From assembly GCA_951406725.2 (NCBI GenBank), contig OX597824.1:92876001-92940000 (forward strand): a stretch of DNA of 64,000 bases, in the 5' to 3' direction. Of this stretch, positions 27,174-40,385 are shown in pieces. Numbering within the stretch: position 1 is the stretch's first letter; each line of letters starts with the position of its first letter. The notes under the pieces are model-generated. The model was not told the DNA's origin. It made no database searches and was given only the letters and a program-made list of their open reading frames with translations. The position numbers and the translations under genes are program-made. Source of the DNA: Octopus vulgaris (taxonomy: Eukaryota).

Positions 27174-27216
<43 letters not shown>

Positions 27217-27437
27217 TGTGTGTGTTTGTGTGTCTCTGTTTGTACCCCCTAGCATTGCTTGACAACCGATGCTGGTGTGTTTATGTCCCCGTTACTTAGC
27301 AGTTCGGCAAAAGAAACCGATAGAATAAGTACTGGGCTTACAAAAGAATAAGTCCCGGGGTCGAGTTGCTCAATTAAAGGCGGTGCTCCAGCATGGCCGC
27401 ACTCAAATGACTGAAACAAGCAAAAGAGTAAAGAGTA
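27012..27437 (+). mobile_element. SINE family B, full length
   Basis: ggcgcaggagtagctgcgtggtaa...ccgggttcagtcccactgcgtggcaccttgagcaaatg...ggcggtgctccagcatggccgc...aaagagtaaagagta. Confidence 0.92.
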
Positions 27438-27970
27438 AACAGTAATATGCTCTACACGCCCTGAAATGCATACGCCATTTTGTTTTTATCGTTTTCTTCC
27501 TAATTTTCCATCTATGACCGCAGTTACAAATTTAAAGCTGTCTCCATTTAAACATATGTTGATTTGTTTGTTTTTCTCCATATTTGAGACCTTGATTCTT
27601 ATAAAGAACTTTCCGGATAAGAAGCATGACGGGAGGACTCTGTCTTCAAAGAAATACATATCAAATATACATGCGAACGGGTCGACATCAGTGAAGGCAA
27701 CCAAGATACTTTTTCGGAACGCAAATATTTGCAACGAATATGACATTATTTATCACTATGTGCTTCAGCTAAGGCGCTACTGAGTGTTTATCACCCAACG
27801 AGCTGTGATATATCTCCAAGAGGAAAAAATCTATCTGTGGAATAAAGATATTAACTGGGCGGAGGTATTATACCACAAATCTGGGGGTGAGTTAATTTGT
27901 AGAAAATTGTTTACATTGAGCTTTCTTCAACATGAAGATGAAGATAGCTGCATATGTGTATGGATGTGTG

Positions 27971-28047
<77 letters not shown>

Positions 28048-28199
28048 GGTGGGGGGAGAATTCATGAGAAAAAAACCAAAGACGAAGACCGGTGGTGTAC
28101 AAAACAAAGAGATGTATTAGTATAACACTCAGGAATAGAAAAAGGCTTTTACGTTTCGAGCCTAGGCTCTTCTACAGAAAGGGTCACAGAAACAAACAA
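28048..28199 (-). mobile_element. Family D2 short element with hammerhead-like core, in (TA)n
   Basis: Minus strand: ttCTGTAGAaGAGCCtaGGCTCGAAACGTAaa; (TA)n on both sides. Confidence 0.7.
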
Positions 28200-28270
<71 letters not shown>

Positions 28271-28280
28271 TGAGGGAGAT

Positions 28281-28342
<62 letters not shown>

Positions 28343-28361
28343 TACAGGCGTGTCTCTTTAG

Positions 28362-28435
28362 AGGCACAGGTGTGGTTGTGTGGTAAGAAGCTTGCTTACA
28401 AACCACATGTTTTCTAGTTCTGTCTCACTGCGTTA
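28362..28435 (+). mobile_element. SINE family B, head only
   Basis: ggcacaggtgtggttgtgtggtaagaagcttgctta..aaccacatg. Confidence 0.65.
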
Positions 28436-28612
28436 CACCCACACAAATGCTTCAAACTACTTTCCCTAATTTTCTACTTTCGTTCATGCATCTATCCATC
28501 CATCTATTTTTCCATCCATCCATACATACAAACATACATACACACATACATACATACATACATATATACACTCACACACATACATACATACATATATACA
28601 TACATACATACA

Positions 28613-28643
<31 letters not shown>

Positions 28644-29432
28644 TCTTACATACATATATACCTACATGCATGCAGTGCATACATATACATACATACATGC
28701 ATGCATAAATACATACATAAATACATACATAAATACATACATAAATACATACATATACATAAATGTTGAGGAAATATGATGAGAGAGGCACACCTTAAGA
28801 AGGACGGAATGAAGCCTGAAAGAACCGAGTAAACATTTGGTACCCGATATGTACCCGTAGTGCTTGGCAGGCAAAATACTCTTCTGTCGAATTTATTGTG
28901 AATTTATTTCCTTTTTTTTTTTTTTTAGAAAAATAACAAAATCGAGTCCAATGAACAACACTTGATCCGCGATGAAATTAACAGATCATTTTCTTTGGTA
29001 AACTCACCACGCACTTGATTTCTTTCAAGAAAAACAATTGTCTTCTGGAAGGTATTCGAAAGATGTCTACGAAAAAAGGATTGATTTTTTTTCTTTCTCC
29101 TAATATTTTTCAGGAACTTGGTAAAAAAATATTATTGGTGTAACCCTCCCAACTCTGACCATAACATAACATGTTCAAAGCCTATCAAGATATAATGATA
29201 AATGTGAAGGAGTTTGAAATGTGCTATAAGAAAAGATCAAACGGAAAACAAAATGTCGCTTGTGAAAAGATATGAATATTATTATAAGTAGCATTTTGCG
29301 ATAGAAATATTACTAAACAATGCGTAAGAAGAACCAATCCTTAATTCCCAAAGACAAGGGAGAGGACGAAATGGACAAAGAATGAATGTGTTTGGTTGTA
29401 TTTGCACTTAAGTGTTATAGGATGAGATTGTG

Positions 29433-29838
29433 CGTATGTATGTATGTATGTATGTATGTATGTATGTATGTATGTATGTATGCATGTATGTATGTAGGTA
29501 TGTGTGTATGTATGAGTGTGTATGTATGTATGTATATATATGTGTGTGTGTGTGTATTTGTGTGTACGTATGTATGTATGTATATGTGTGTGCATATGTG
29601 TGTATTTGTGTGTATGTATGTATGTATGTATGTGTGTATGTGTGTGTATGTGTGTGTATGTATGTGTGTCTGCACGTGTGTATGTATGTACGTACGTGTG
29701 GATGTATGTATGTGTCTATGGATGTGTGTGTATGTATGTGAGTATGTATGTATGTGTGCATGTATGTATGTATGTGTATGTATGTATGTATGTATGTATG
29801 TATGTATGTATGTATGTATGTATGTATGTATATGTGTG
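29433..29838. repeat. (TATG)n/(TG)n microsatellite
   Basis: Directly visible; the complementary (CATA)n tract lies at ~28520-28760. Confidence 0.95.
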
Positions 29839-30299
29839 ACCGTGCGTGCGTTTCTGTTGTGTGGTAGCTGAGTTTTCCTCGTGATTGTCCGTGAATTACA
29901 ATAACGTGCTTGTTGGTTTGTTTGCGCGTCAGTGCATCTGCCCTTGTTTCTTTCTCTGTATCTGCGTACGTCAGAGGGAAATTCAGAATGGTGGAGTGGT
30001 AGAGGGAGGAAGACAGAACAGGGGAAAAAAGGAGAAAAGGAGAGGGAGAGAGCGTAAAGGAGAAGAGAACAGAAACAAAATGGTTTTCATCTTCCTATCA
30101 AAGCCACCGACTTATTTTAGTTCCTTCTTAGAAGGCAATCGCACTTAGAACGTAATTTTTAATAGCATTCTGTTACACATACACACACGCGCACTGGCAC
30201 ATGCATAACCACACACTCATACATACATACATATTTATAAATGTATGTCTATATCTATATCTATCTATCTATTTATATATATAAATGTGTGTGTATAGG

Positions 30300-30365
<66 letters not shown>

Positions 30366-30366
<1 letters not shown>

Positions 30367-30606
30367 GTTTCTTTATTGGCCACACAGGGCGGCACACAGA
30401 TGGGACAAGTTACAAGGTAGAGCTTTTCTTTTGGGGGATGAAAGAAAAAAAAGGTGGCGTAGGTTTTCGATCAAAAGGGATCGTAAAAGGGGAAAGAAAG
30501 GAAAAGGGAAAAGAAAAAAAGAAAAAAGGGAAAAGGAGCAAAATAAAAGAAAAATGAAAAAAGAAAAAAAGAGGAAAAAAAAGGGGAAGAGGAAAAAAAA
30601 CAAAAA
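30366..30606 (-). mobile_element. Short 3'-end copy of the Tx1/L1-like LINE, inside (GATA)n
   Basis: tttctttattggccacacagggc.gcacacagat...ttacaaggtagagcttttcttttg matches 17025-17090; also shares gatcaaaa.ggatcgtaaaagg. Confidence 0.85.
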
Positions 30607-30685
<79 letters not shown>

Positions 30686-30696
30686 TGTATTTATAT

Positions 30697-31190
30697 ATTA
30701 GGAAATCGCGAAAATAATGCGGTTTTTTATACTTATATTCTTTAATATTAAGATAAACAAAATTTTTTTCTTTATCTAGAAATATAACACTCCTTCATTT
30801 TCCTCAATGCTCTTCCATCTAACCGGTTGATTGCAAGGCCTGTCTTCCAAAATTCACTTGTCCATTTACGAAAAGTATCCCTACATTTCTGTTCTGACTT
30901 AATCTACATATCTAATATTTTTTCCGTTCGAATCATTTTTAAGACTGCGGAATACATGATAATGAGATCAATCCATGTACCACGAATATTGGTGAGTGGA
31001 GCATCGTTTCCCATTCAAAATGTTCTAGTTTTTGCAATTCCATCCTCGCTGTATGTAACCGAAAATTGGAAAAACACCTCTCGTCTCAAAACCAAAAACG
31101 ATCGTCTTTCTTCTAGTGCAGGTGTCGATGACTGTTTCAATGACCAAATCCAAGCTTCTCGCCTGGTTCGTCAAAATTGATGGAATGATG
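30697..31190 (-). mobile_element. Mariner transposon 3' fragment with TIR
   Basis: Minus strand reads ALEERRSFLVLRREV / LEHFEWETMLHSP / YHVFRSLKND / SEFWKTGLA / RWKSIEENEG (decayed HPPYSPD..SDYHLFRSL region); TIR tattaggaaatcgcgaaaataatgcggtttt. Confidence 0.85.
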
Positions 31191-31222
31191 CAATATATAT
31201 ATATATATAAATACATGCGTGC

Positions 31223-31265
<43 letters not shown>

Positions 31266-31292
31266 TATATATATATATATATATTTCCGTTT

Positions 31293-31500
31293 TCTCTTTA
31301 TCTCTTTTACTTGTTTCAGTCATTTAACTGCGGCCATGCTGGAGCACCGCCTTTAGTCGAGCAAATCTACCCCAGAAGTTATTCTTTTTAAGCCTAGTAC
31401 GTATTCTATTGGCCCTCTTTTGCCGAACTGCTAAGTTACAGGGACATAAACACACCACCATCGTTTGTCAAGCGTTGTTGGGGGCAAACACAAACACACA
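31293..31500 (-). mobile_element. SINE family B, 3' half
   Basis: ctcttttacttgtttcagtcattt.actgcggccatgctggagcaccgcctttagtcgagcaaatc. Confidence 0.85.
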
Positions 31501-31533
31501 TACACACACACAGACAGACACATACACACTCAC

Positions 31534-31594
<61 letters not shown>

Positions 31595-31595
31595 T

Positions 31596-31742
31596 GTCAA
31601 GATTAATCAGCCGAAATTGCTAAGATGATCTGGTTCTTGACTGAAGACTGAGGGCTTCGAATGTCCCGTCCTGTGGTTCTTGTGTCGTCTCTGTGGTGTT
31701 TCATGTTCTTGTCCATGTCTGTAATTATTTTTACTGTTTACC
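31596..31742 (+). mobile_element. Family D3 short element in (TA)n
   Basis: tggttcttgactgaaga...cttcgaatg shared with the minus-strand copy at 59934-60168. Confidence 0.6.
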
Positions 31743-31791
<49 letters not shown>

Positions 31792-32771
31792 TTATATGAG
31801 TGCATGTTCTTATCCATATATATGTGCAGCAATATATATACGTGTGTGGATTCTTGTTTATTTGTACATATATAAAGAAGTTTGGAACAAAATGCGTACG
31901 GTTTTACATGTACAAATTACATACGCTTGTGTTTTGGGCGTGTGTGTGCATATGAGTGTGTGCATGTGCGTTAATCAACAATTTCATTCTACACTGTTAA
32001 TTTGTTGCACTGATATGACTTATTAGAAATAAATAAACATCTCTTGAATGCCTACTAGACTTCAGTTCTATAAATATTTTCTACGCAGCAAATTATGGTG
32101 ACGATCTTGTGTAAATGGCGGATCAGATATCCTGGTTCTCTTAGTGCTAAGCCTCTCAGTGATTTGTGTGTGTATCTGTGTGTATGTTTGTTACGTTTTA
32201 AGCTTGGCAGCGGAGTGTCCTTCCCATGGAGATACGATGCTGTTATGTTTTAGAGTTGTGACAATGAAATAGATAGGACGTGTCGTATTCTATGAAGTTG
32301 AACTAAACGTCCTTGGCTTTGTGATAAAAAGAAAAGAATCGGTGTGGCTTTAAAAGGCTTCGATGGAGATTACGTGGAATATATATTGTATAATTTGCAA
32401 AATTTCTATAATCGATAATAAAATATTTTATAAGGTACAGAATAACATTCCAACTGTAATTATTTCTCTATCGCTCTATGAAGACACACGTGTAGAGACA
32501 AACATATATGTACTCATACAAACATACATAGACAGACACACAGTGAGACACGTGTTTTTTTTAATTGTGATTTAATGCATAAGATATACAGAGAAAATGA
32601 CATTGGACATTGAATTGAAGCAGCCCTCAACAATTGGCATTAGAGTACCACATGAATTGTTATAAGTATCTGTGTGAGAATGAAGTCAAAGTTTTAATTT
32701 GAATGCTGCCATCTAACTATAAATTAGTTTGGTTTTCCAAAGACTTATATACGTCTTTACTAGTAGATGAT

Positions 32772-33380
32772 GGCGGCGAGCTGGCACAATCATTAGCACG
32801 CCGGGCGAAATGCTTGGCGGTATTTCGTCTGCCGTTACGTTCTGAGTTCAAATTCCGCCGAGGTCGACTTTGCCTTTCATCCTTTCAGGGGTCGATTAAA
32901 TAAGTAGCAGATACGTACTGGGGTCGATGTAATCTACTTAATCCCTTTGTCTGTCCTTGTTTGTCCTCTCTGTGTTTAGCCCCTTTTGGGTAGTAAAGAA
33001 ATAGGTATTTCGTCTGCCGTTACGTTCTGAGTTCAAATTCCGCCGAGGTCGACTTTGCCTTTCATCCTTTCAGGGGTTCTATTAAATAAGTACCAGATAC
33101 GTACTGGGGTCGATGTAATCGACTTAATCCCTTTGTCTGTCCTTGTTTGTCCTCTCTGTGTTTAGCCCCTTGTGGGTAATAGAGAAATAGGTATTTCGTC
33201 TGCCGTTACGTTCTGAGTTCAAATTCCGCCGAGGTCGACTTTGCCTTTCATCCTTTCAGGGGTCGATTAAATAAGTAGCAGATACGTACTGGGGTCGATG
33301 TAATCGACTTAATCCCTTTGTCTGTCCTTGTTTGTCCTCTCTGTGTTTAGCCCCTTGTGGGCAATGAAGAAATAAGAAAC
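32772..33380 (+). mobile_element. SINE family A trimer (one head, three ~185-bp body+tail units)
   Basis: Near-identical units begin at 32821, 33006 and 33192; ctagtagat flanks both sides (32760, 33383). Confidence 0.92.
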
Positions 33381-34428
33381 ATCTAGTAGATCACAAGTCA
33401 AAAAGTCAAACAAAAATATATCTTAAAAATAAATTCAAGATGTTAATATGCAATATATGCGGCTCATCGTCATGAAAGAGGCGCTGATCCCCAGTTGCAC
33501 AACGATAACCGTAGCTATAACAAGGGACACATGATGGAAGCTAAACGAGGTTTTTGATTGTTCATGAAATATAAACCAACATTTATATCAAATTGCATTC
33601 TAGTTCCCAACGGACCTGAATCCTACGGCAGCGATAACTTTGTTGAAAGGTTTCATAGAGAAAGACTGATCTCGGGCAAAACTGTAAGGACATAAGTAAA
33701 ATTACAACGTGAGGTAAAGACAGGCGGAGGCAGTGCAGAATATATGGAAGTTCTACAGAATATATAGAAGTTTTAGACGGAGGCAGTACTAAGTATGAGG
33801 AATTACGGAATATATGGAAGCCAATATACAAGCCATGTAGATTAAGGTCCAAATGAGAGATGGTCGTTGAAGCAAGGACGGCAGTCACACGGTTGCTCGA
33901 TTAATGACTCCAACAACCATAAAACAACAATAACTGGAAGATATTAATATAGACAAAACGCAAATACTTTACCGAATAACGAAAAATAATTGTCATTACT
34001 GTAAGCAAAATTACAAGAGCATTTGTGGTACCTAAATGATTACTTCAGGCCCAATAATTAACACTAGATTTCTGCGATTAATAAGGTCCCATTTCTGAAC
34101 ACTGGAAGGATGAAGATAAATCGCAGATCTGATTTCGACGAGATTTGAACTGAGAATATTAAGAGCCGAAAAACCTACCGGAAATTATTTTTTTCCGATA
34201 TCATATAATTGTGAAGAAACGGTCCAAGGCATCACCTTAAGTTTGTTTGTTTAAGTATCGGTTTAATGGCCACTAACAGTACCCACTGACGAAGTTAGAT
34301 ATAAAAATTGGTAATATTATTCCACCAATAATCCAATATCCCACTTGTCTCAACTTTGTTGTGATGTGACTATCACCCGATAAATGGTCCGTAATATATA
34401 AATACATACAAACATAATACATAGTACC

Positions 34429-34476
<48 letters not shown>

Positions 34477-35522
34477 CACATATATATATGTATATATATA
34501 TATACATATGTGTGCGTATATGTATATATATATATATATGCATATATATGTTTGTGTGTGTATATAGATATAGATATATGTATACATACATATCCGGAAT
34601 GAATTGTATAGTATGTCTAATGATAGGCAATACGGACTTTTGCTAGCGTTGTGTTGTGTGATCTGATAGCCATGGACAAATATAAACAAATGTCTTTATA
34701 ATTAATATGTGTGCTTGTATACATGTGCTTGTATACGTGTGCTTATGATCGAGTGAGTGACAGAGTGTGTATGTGTATGTGTGTGTGTGAGAGAGAGAGA
34801 GAGGGATGACTGTGTGTGTGTGTGATTTTGTCTGCGCGTGTGTTTCCAAATGATTTATTCATGAACGAGTTAGTAGAAAATTGTATAGTTCTGAAAACGA
34901 GATATTTGTTAGGAGGAAAAAAAAATAGGCATATTAAAGGAACACAGACAGAAAGAATAATATACAAAAATAAAACAAGACTACAAATCGAGAAAGACAA
35001 AGAGAGAAACACAGAGAGAGAGAGAGAGAAATCGGTAGGTGGGAGGGATAAACAAAGATTAGAACCGGTCAAATTTCTTGGAAAAAATCAACGTGTCTAG
35101 TCTGAAGATAGAAACTTAAATAAATTAGATGCCTTCTCTCGAAATAACCTCGTAATTGACATTTCCGACACAGCTGCTTTTTCAAAGCGTTTCTGATAGA
35201 TTTCGGTTTAAGCCGTCATTTTGGTTTTGCTGTTCATATTCTTCGTTCGGAATATATTTGTATCTATTCTTCATTTTGCTCTTAATGATGTTCTCGTCTT
35301 TTTCTTTTCTTTTATCTATATATGTATTTGTAGTCTGTCGTAATGGTTTCCTTTTTTATTTATAAAATATTTAAAGCTACAGTGTGTTGTTGCAGTTTCA
35401 GCTATAGTAACATCCCTAGAAATCAAACGGAGAGCGGATTGCTTTTCCCGAGGAAAAGATAAGAAAAATACACTTCCTGCAGACTCTTCGCCCAGCTTGG
35501 TGATCCGACACATACACACACA

Positions 35523-35583
<61 letters not shown>

Positions 35584-36601
35584 CAGCTATGGACTACTTT
35601 TGTTCATAAATTTCCCGAGACATGTGTCGTAACCATGGACTAGTGAAATTCCTGGTAATAATACGAATTAGTATGAAACTTAGTTATATTACTATAACTT
35701 GCATTGTAACATTGTTTTGGTTTTCTAAAATATATATTCATGTATGCATGTATGTATGTATGCATGTATGTATGTATGTATGTATACACGTATGTATGTA
35801 TGTATGTATGTATGTATGTATGTATGTATGTATGTATGTATGTATGTATGTATGTATGTATGTATGCATGTATATATGTGTGTGTTTGTACGTATGTATC
35901 TTTGTTGATGTGTTATATATATATATATATATGTATACACACACGAATACACATATATATACATACACAGAGAAAGAGAGTGAATGAGAGAGGGGGAGAG
36001 TTAAGGAGATAGGGAAAATAGAAGCAGAAGACTAGATAGTGAGATAGAGACATATGTCACATTGTTCCACATTGCATTTGCATACAGAAAAAATGTTTGT
36101 TTATATATTTAAACTAGGATATCTCTTAGCGTATTAATTGCAGGACACTGATGATGTGTCTACAAGTAATACAATGTTTCAATAGATGTTACGGCATCAT
36201 AACAGCAATTTCTTGAGATGCGTGTATGTGCTATAAAGTATTGAATACGATACCTGCTTTCCGTCACGTTGTAACATACGAGCATGTCAGAGTGTGTTCT
36301 GGGTTTGACATCTAAGTGAGTGCGTGAATGTACGTGTGCACGTCTGTGCACGTGTATATTCATGTATGCGTGTGTGTGTGTATGTGTGTTATGTGCATGA
36401 GTGTATCTGACTCTGTGTGTGTATGTGTGTGTGCACAACAAAATGTGTGTTGATTCAGAATGTAATTTTACGTCACTAAAGTTAAACCAACAAGGAAAAA
36501 TTTACAAATATTTAAAAACTCATCTCTGTATTTGCTCCAGACATCAGTAAATGACAAGTTGATAATCTTGAGTAAGGTCTAAAACAGTGTGATCTAATGT
36601 A

Positions 36602-36613
36602 CATCTATCTATT

Positions 36614-36692
<79 letters not shown>

Positions 36693-36797
36693 ATATACAT
36701 ATATATGTATATATATATATATATGTAAATATATATACATATGTATATATATATATGTATATATATATATGTATGTATGTATGTATATATATATACG

Positions 36798-36880
<83 letters not shown>

Positions 36881-36983
36881 CATACGTGTGTGTGTGTCCA
36901 TTAATAGCACTCATCTACCCTCTCTGTTATCGATACAGGCACACTGCACTCGTATATTCGTACAAAATTTTAAGACGGATGGA

Positions 36984-37040
<57 letters not shown>
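36602..37040. repeat. (TCTA)n/(TA)n microsatellites
   Basis: Directly visible. Confidence 0.95.
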
Positions 37041-37046
<6 letters not shown>

Positions 37047-37500
37047 GGTGTGTGTGAGGCGTGTGTGTGTATAGGGAGGTATATAAGAGTACTATTTAAC
37101 TTGAGAAATAAAAGGATTGGAGAATTGTTTTTGATGGAACAGTGTATTGACAAAAATGAGAATATACATTGATAGAAATGTCACCTGTCAAAGTGCCAAA
37201 ATGATTTGTCATTTCTCATACTGTCTCAAAGAAAAGAAGTACACGGCTTAAGTAGTGCGAAATGCGAACAAACAAACAAAAAAATATAACATATATATAT
37301 ATATATATATAAGGTTCTGTGTGTATATGTGTGTGTTTGTTTAGTTCCCGAGTACCGAGGTCAGGCTTGTGACCACGAGAATATCTATAGATATTAATAA
37401 GTATACATTAACTGAACTCTAAATCTACATTCTGTGTTACATTAAAATGTCTATGTATTTGTGTGTAAATGTATGTATATGTACACATAGATATAAAAAG

Positions 37501-37548
<48 letters not shown>

Positions 37549-37654
37549 ATATATTATATATGTACGTATATGTGCATTTGCGGGTGTATAAGTGCATGAC
37601 TCCCTCTCTCACGCTCTCTCTTTCTTTCTCTCTCTCTCTCTCTCTCTCTGTCTG

Positions 37655-37693
<39 letters not shown>

Positions 37694-37983
37694 GGAGGCG
37701 CAATGGCCCAGTTAGGGCAGCGGACTTGCGGTTCTAGGATCTCGGTTTCAATTCCCGGACCGCACGTTGAGAGTGTTTATTTAGGGAAAACACCTAAACT
37801 CCACGATGCTCCGGCAGAGGGTGGTGGCGATCGCTGGTGTACTCTTTCGACACAACTTTCTCTCACTCTTTCTTCTGTTGCCCTGCTCGCGTAGCCAGCG
37901 GGGTGGGGTCATTTGAAGGCTTAAACAATGCGAAGCGCATTGTGACCAGAGATGTGTAGCAACATATGATAGCCTGGTCGGTC
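37694..37983 (+). mobile_element. SINE family C, tail type 2
   Basis: Colinear with 24724-25031. Confidence 0.88.
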
Positions 37984-38057
37984 CATTAGGATATATATAT
38001 ATATATCCTAATTATATATAGTATATATATATATATACATATTATAATATATATATA

Positions 38058-38461
38058 GGCACAGGAGTGGCTGTGTGGTAAGTTGCTTGCTAACCGACCA
38101 CATGGTTCCGGGTTCAGTCCCACTGCGTAGCATCTTGGGCAAGTGTCTTCTGCTATAGGCCCGGGCCGACCAATGCCGTGTGAGTGGATTTGGTAGACGG
38201 AAACTGAAAGAAGCCTGTCGTATATATGTATTTATATATGTATGTGTATGTATATGTTTGTGTGTCTGTGTTTGTCCGTCTAGCATTGCTTTACAACCGA
38301 CGCTTGTGTGTTTACGTCCCCGTCACTTAGCTGTTCGGCAAAAAGAGACCGATAGAATAAGTACTGGGCTTACAAAGAATAAGTCCCGAGGTCGATTTGC
38401 TCGACTAAAAGGTGGTGCTCCAGCATGGCAGCAGTCAAATGACTGAAACAAGCAAAAGAGT
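38058..38461 (+). mobile_element. SINE family B, full length
   Basis: Colinear with 27012-27437. Confidence 0.92.
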
Positions 38462-38701
38462 ATATGTTGCTTTTTACCCAGGCTAGAATGTGATTTAATG
38501 ATATAACCGACGGTAGAACTCTAGGTTCATCATGAAAAAGAATCTTGGGTGACAAATGATCGTACACAACTCACAAAGAACAGAGACCGATTCTCTTATG
38601 TGAAAAATACACCTCTTTATCTGATTTTGCTCGACCTTATCTCATTATGAATATACGCATTGATTTTGAAACTATACTCTTCTATATGGTAAATATGTTC
38701 T

Positions 38702-38932
38702 GGCGGCGAGCTGGCAGAAACGTTCGCACGCCGGGCGAAATGCGTAGCCGTATTTCGTCTGCCGCTACGTTCTGAGTTCAAATTCCGCCGAGGTCGACTT
38801 TGCCTTTCATCCTTTCGGGGTCGATAAATTAAGTACCAGTTACGCACTGGGGTCGATATAATCGACTTAATCCCTTTGTCTGTCCTTGTTTGTCCCCTCT
38901 ATGTTTAGCCCCTTGTGGGTAATAAAGAAACA
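38702..38932 (+). mobile_element. SINE family A, young full-length copy with 17-bp TSD
   Basis: ggcggcgagctggcagaaacgtt...gagttcaaattcc (B box)...taataaagaaac; tatatggtaaatatgtt at 38683-38699 and 38933-38949. Confidence 0.93.
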
Positions 38933-39701
38933 TATATGGTAAATATGTTTGACTAGGACATATTGTGTGGTTCGAATTTTGTTGAACAGCCCGAGAGTTG
39001 TAGCCCCAGGTTCGATAGACAAGAAAACGCGATGCTCGACACAAGTAAACCGGCAAAGTAGCAGATTCATTTGAGTTTTGGGGGAAATGTTTTTTCAGTA
39101 ATAGTTCAAACTAGTTTTATCTTCTCTGTTAAAATAGCACCGAAGTAAATTTGCCTTACATCTTGCCCACTTCGATAAAACTGAGTCTGCCAGAAGAGTA
39201 GATTTGCGACACATTGGGGTTTTTTTTTTAATTGTAAAGATGTGAATGGCCAGGAGAGTTTGACAATGTGGTATATATAAAGTGAACCAGATGGCATCTC
39301 GTCAAAAAAATGCGAAGAAAATCAGCTTCTTATAACCGACCGCGAAATTTGCAACGGACGCGAATATAGGCTTGTCGAAAATGAAATGTAGCGTACGTTC
39401 TCATGATAGCGTAACGAAACAACAACAGAAATAAATGCGTTCCAAGTAGAGACGTAGCGAATTCTGTACCGTGAATTTCACTGCATCCTGTCATAAAATT
39501 TGCTTTTGGGCTTGTCTCTTATTTTTCGAATTTCTTGATAAATATTAATTCTTATCACTAACGTTACATTAAAATATTTTGGTTTATTTTTAATTATCTT
39601 TGAACCCATTTAACTATGTTTTTATTAATAAAGAGTGTCTGTAAATTATATCTGTAGTCATTATTTTCAGCTGTCACGAATATCAATACTTATACAGTTA
39701 A

Positions 39702-40385
39702 GGCGACGAGTTTGGCAGAATGGTTAGCACGCCGGGCAAATTGCTTAGCGGCATTTTGTCCGTCTTTACGTTCTGAGTTCAAATTCCGCCGAGGTCGACT
39801 TTGCTTTTCATCCTTTCGGGGTCAATAAAATGAGTACCAGTTGAGTATTTGAATCGATGTAATTTCATGCCTTGTTCCTATTCTAAAAAGTATTATTTTA
39901 AGCTGTCACAAATATCAATATTTATCTAGTTAAGGCAGCGAGCTGGCAAAATCGTTAGTGCGCAGAGCAAAATGCATAACAGCATTTCATTTCGTCCGTC
40001 TTTCTGTTTTGAGTTCAAATTCCGTCGAGGCCAACTTTATCGGGAACGATAAAATAAGTGACAGTTAAATGCTGGGGGTCGATGTAATCGAAATATCGAT
40101 CCCAGAAATTGCTGGCCTCGCGCCAAAATTTAAGTCCAATATTTAATCAGTTAATAACTCCGTACCTCACAAAGTGCGGATTTGGTAAAATCGTTACCGT
40201 AAGAGATAAAACGCTAATGGAAATTTCGTCCGTTTATAAGTTCTGAGTTCAAATTCTACTGAGGTCGACGTTGCGTTTTATCACTTCGAGGTCGATAAAA
40301 TATGCACCAGTTGAACGCTGGATTCGATGAAATTCCTTAACGCACTCAACAGAGCTTGCTAGCTTTTTGTCTATATTTGAAACCA
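39702..40385 (+). mobile_element. Cluster of three diverged SINE-A copies
   Basis: gagttcaaattc cores at ~39775, ~40011 and ~40245. Confidence 0.8.

Noticed and set aside
32821-33380. CRISPR-like or satellite array
   Set aside because: Units are whole SINE bodies with no unique spacers, no cas genes, eukaryotic context
33590-33900. Purine-rich segment with TKYEELRNIWK, possible LINE endonuclease relic
   Set aside because: Too short and interrupted to assign by eye
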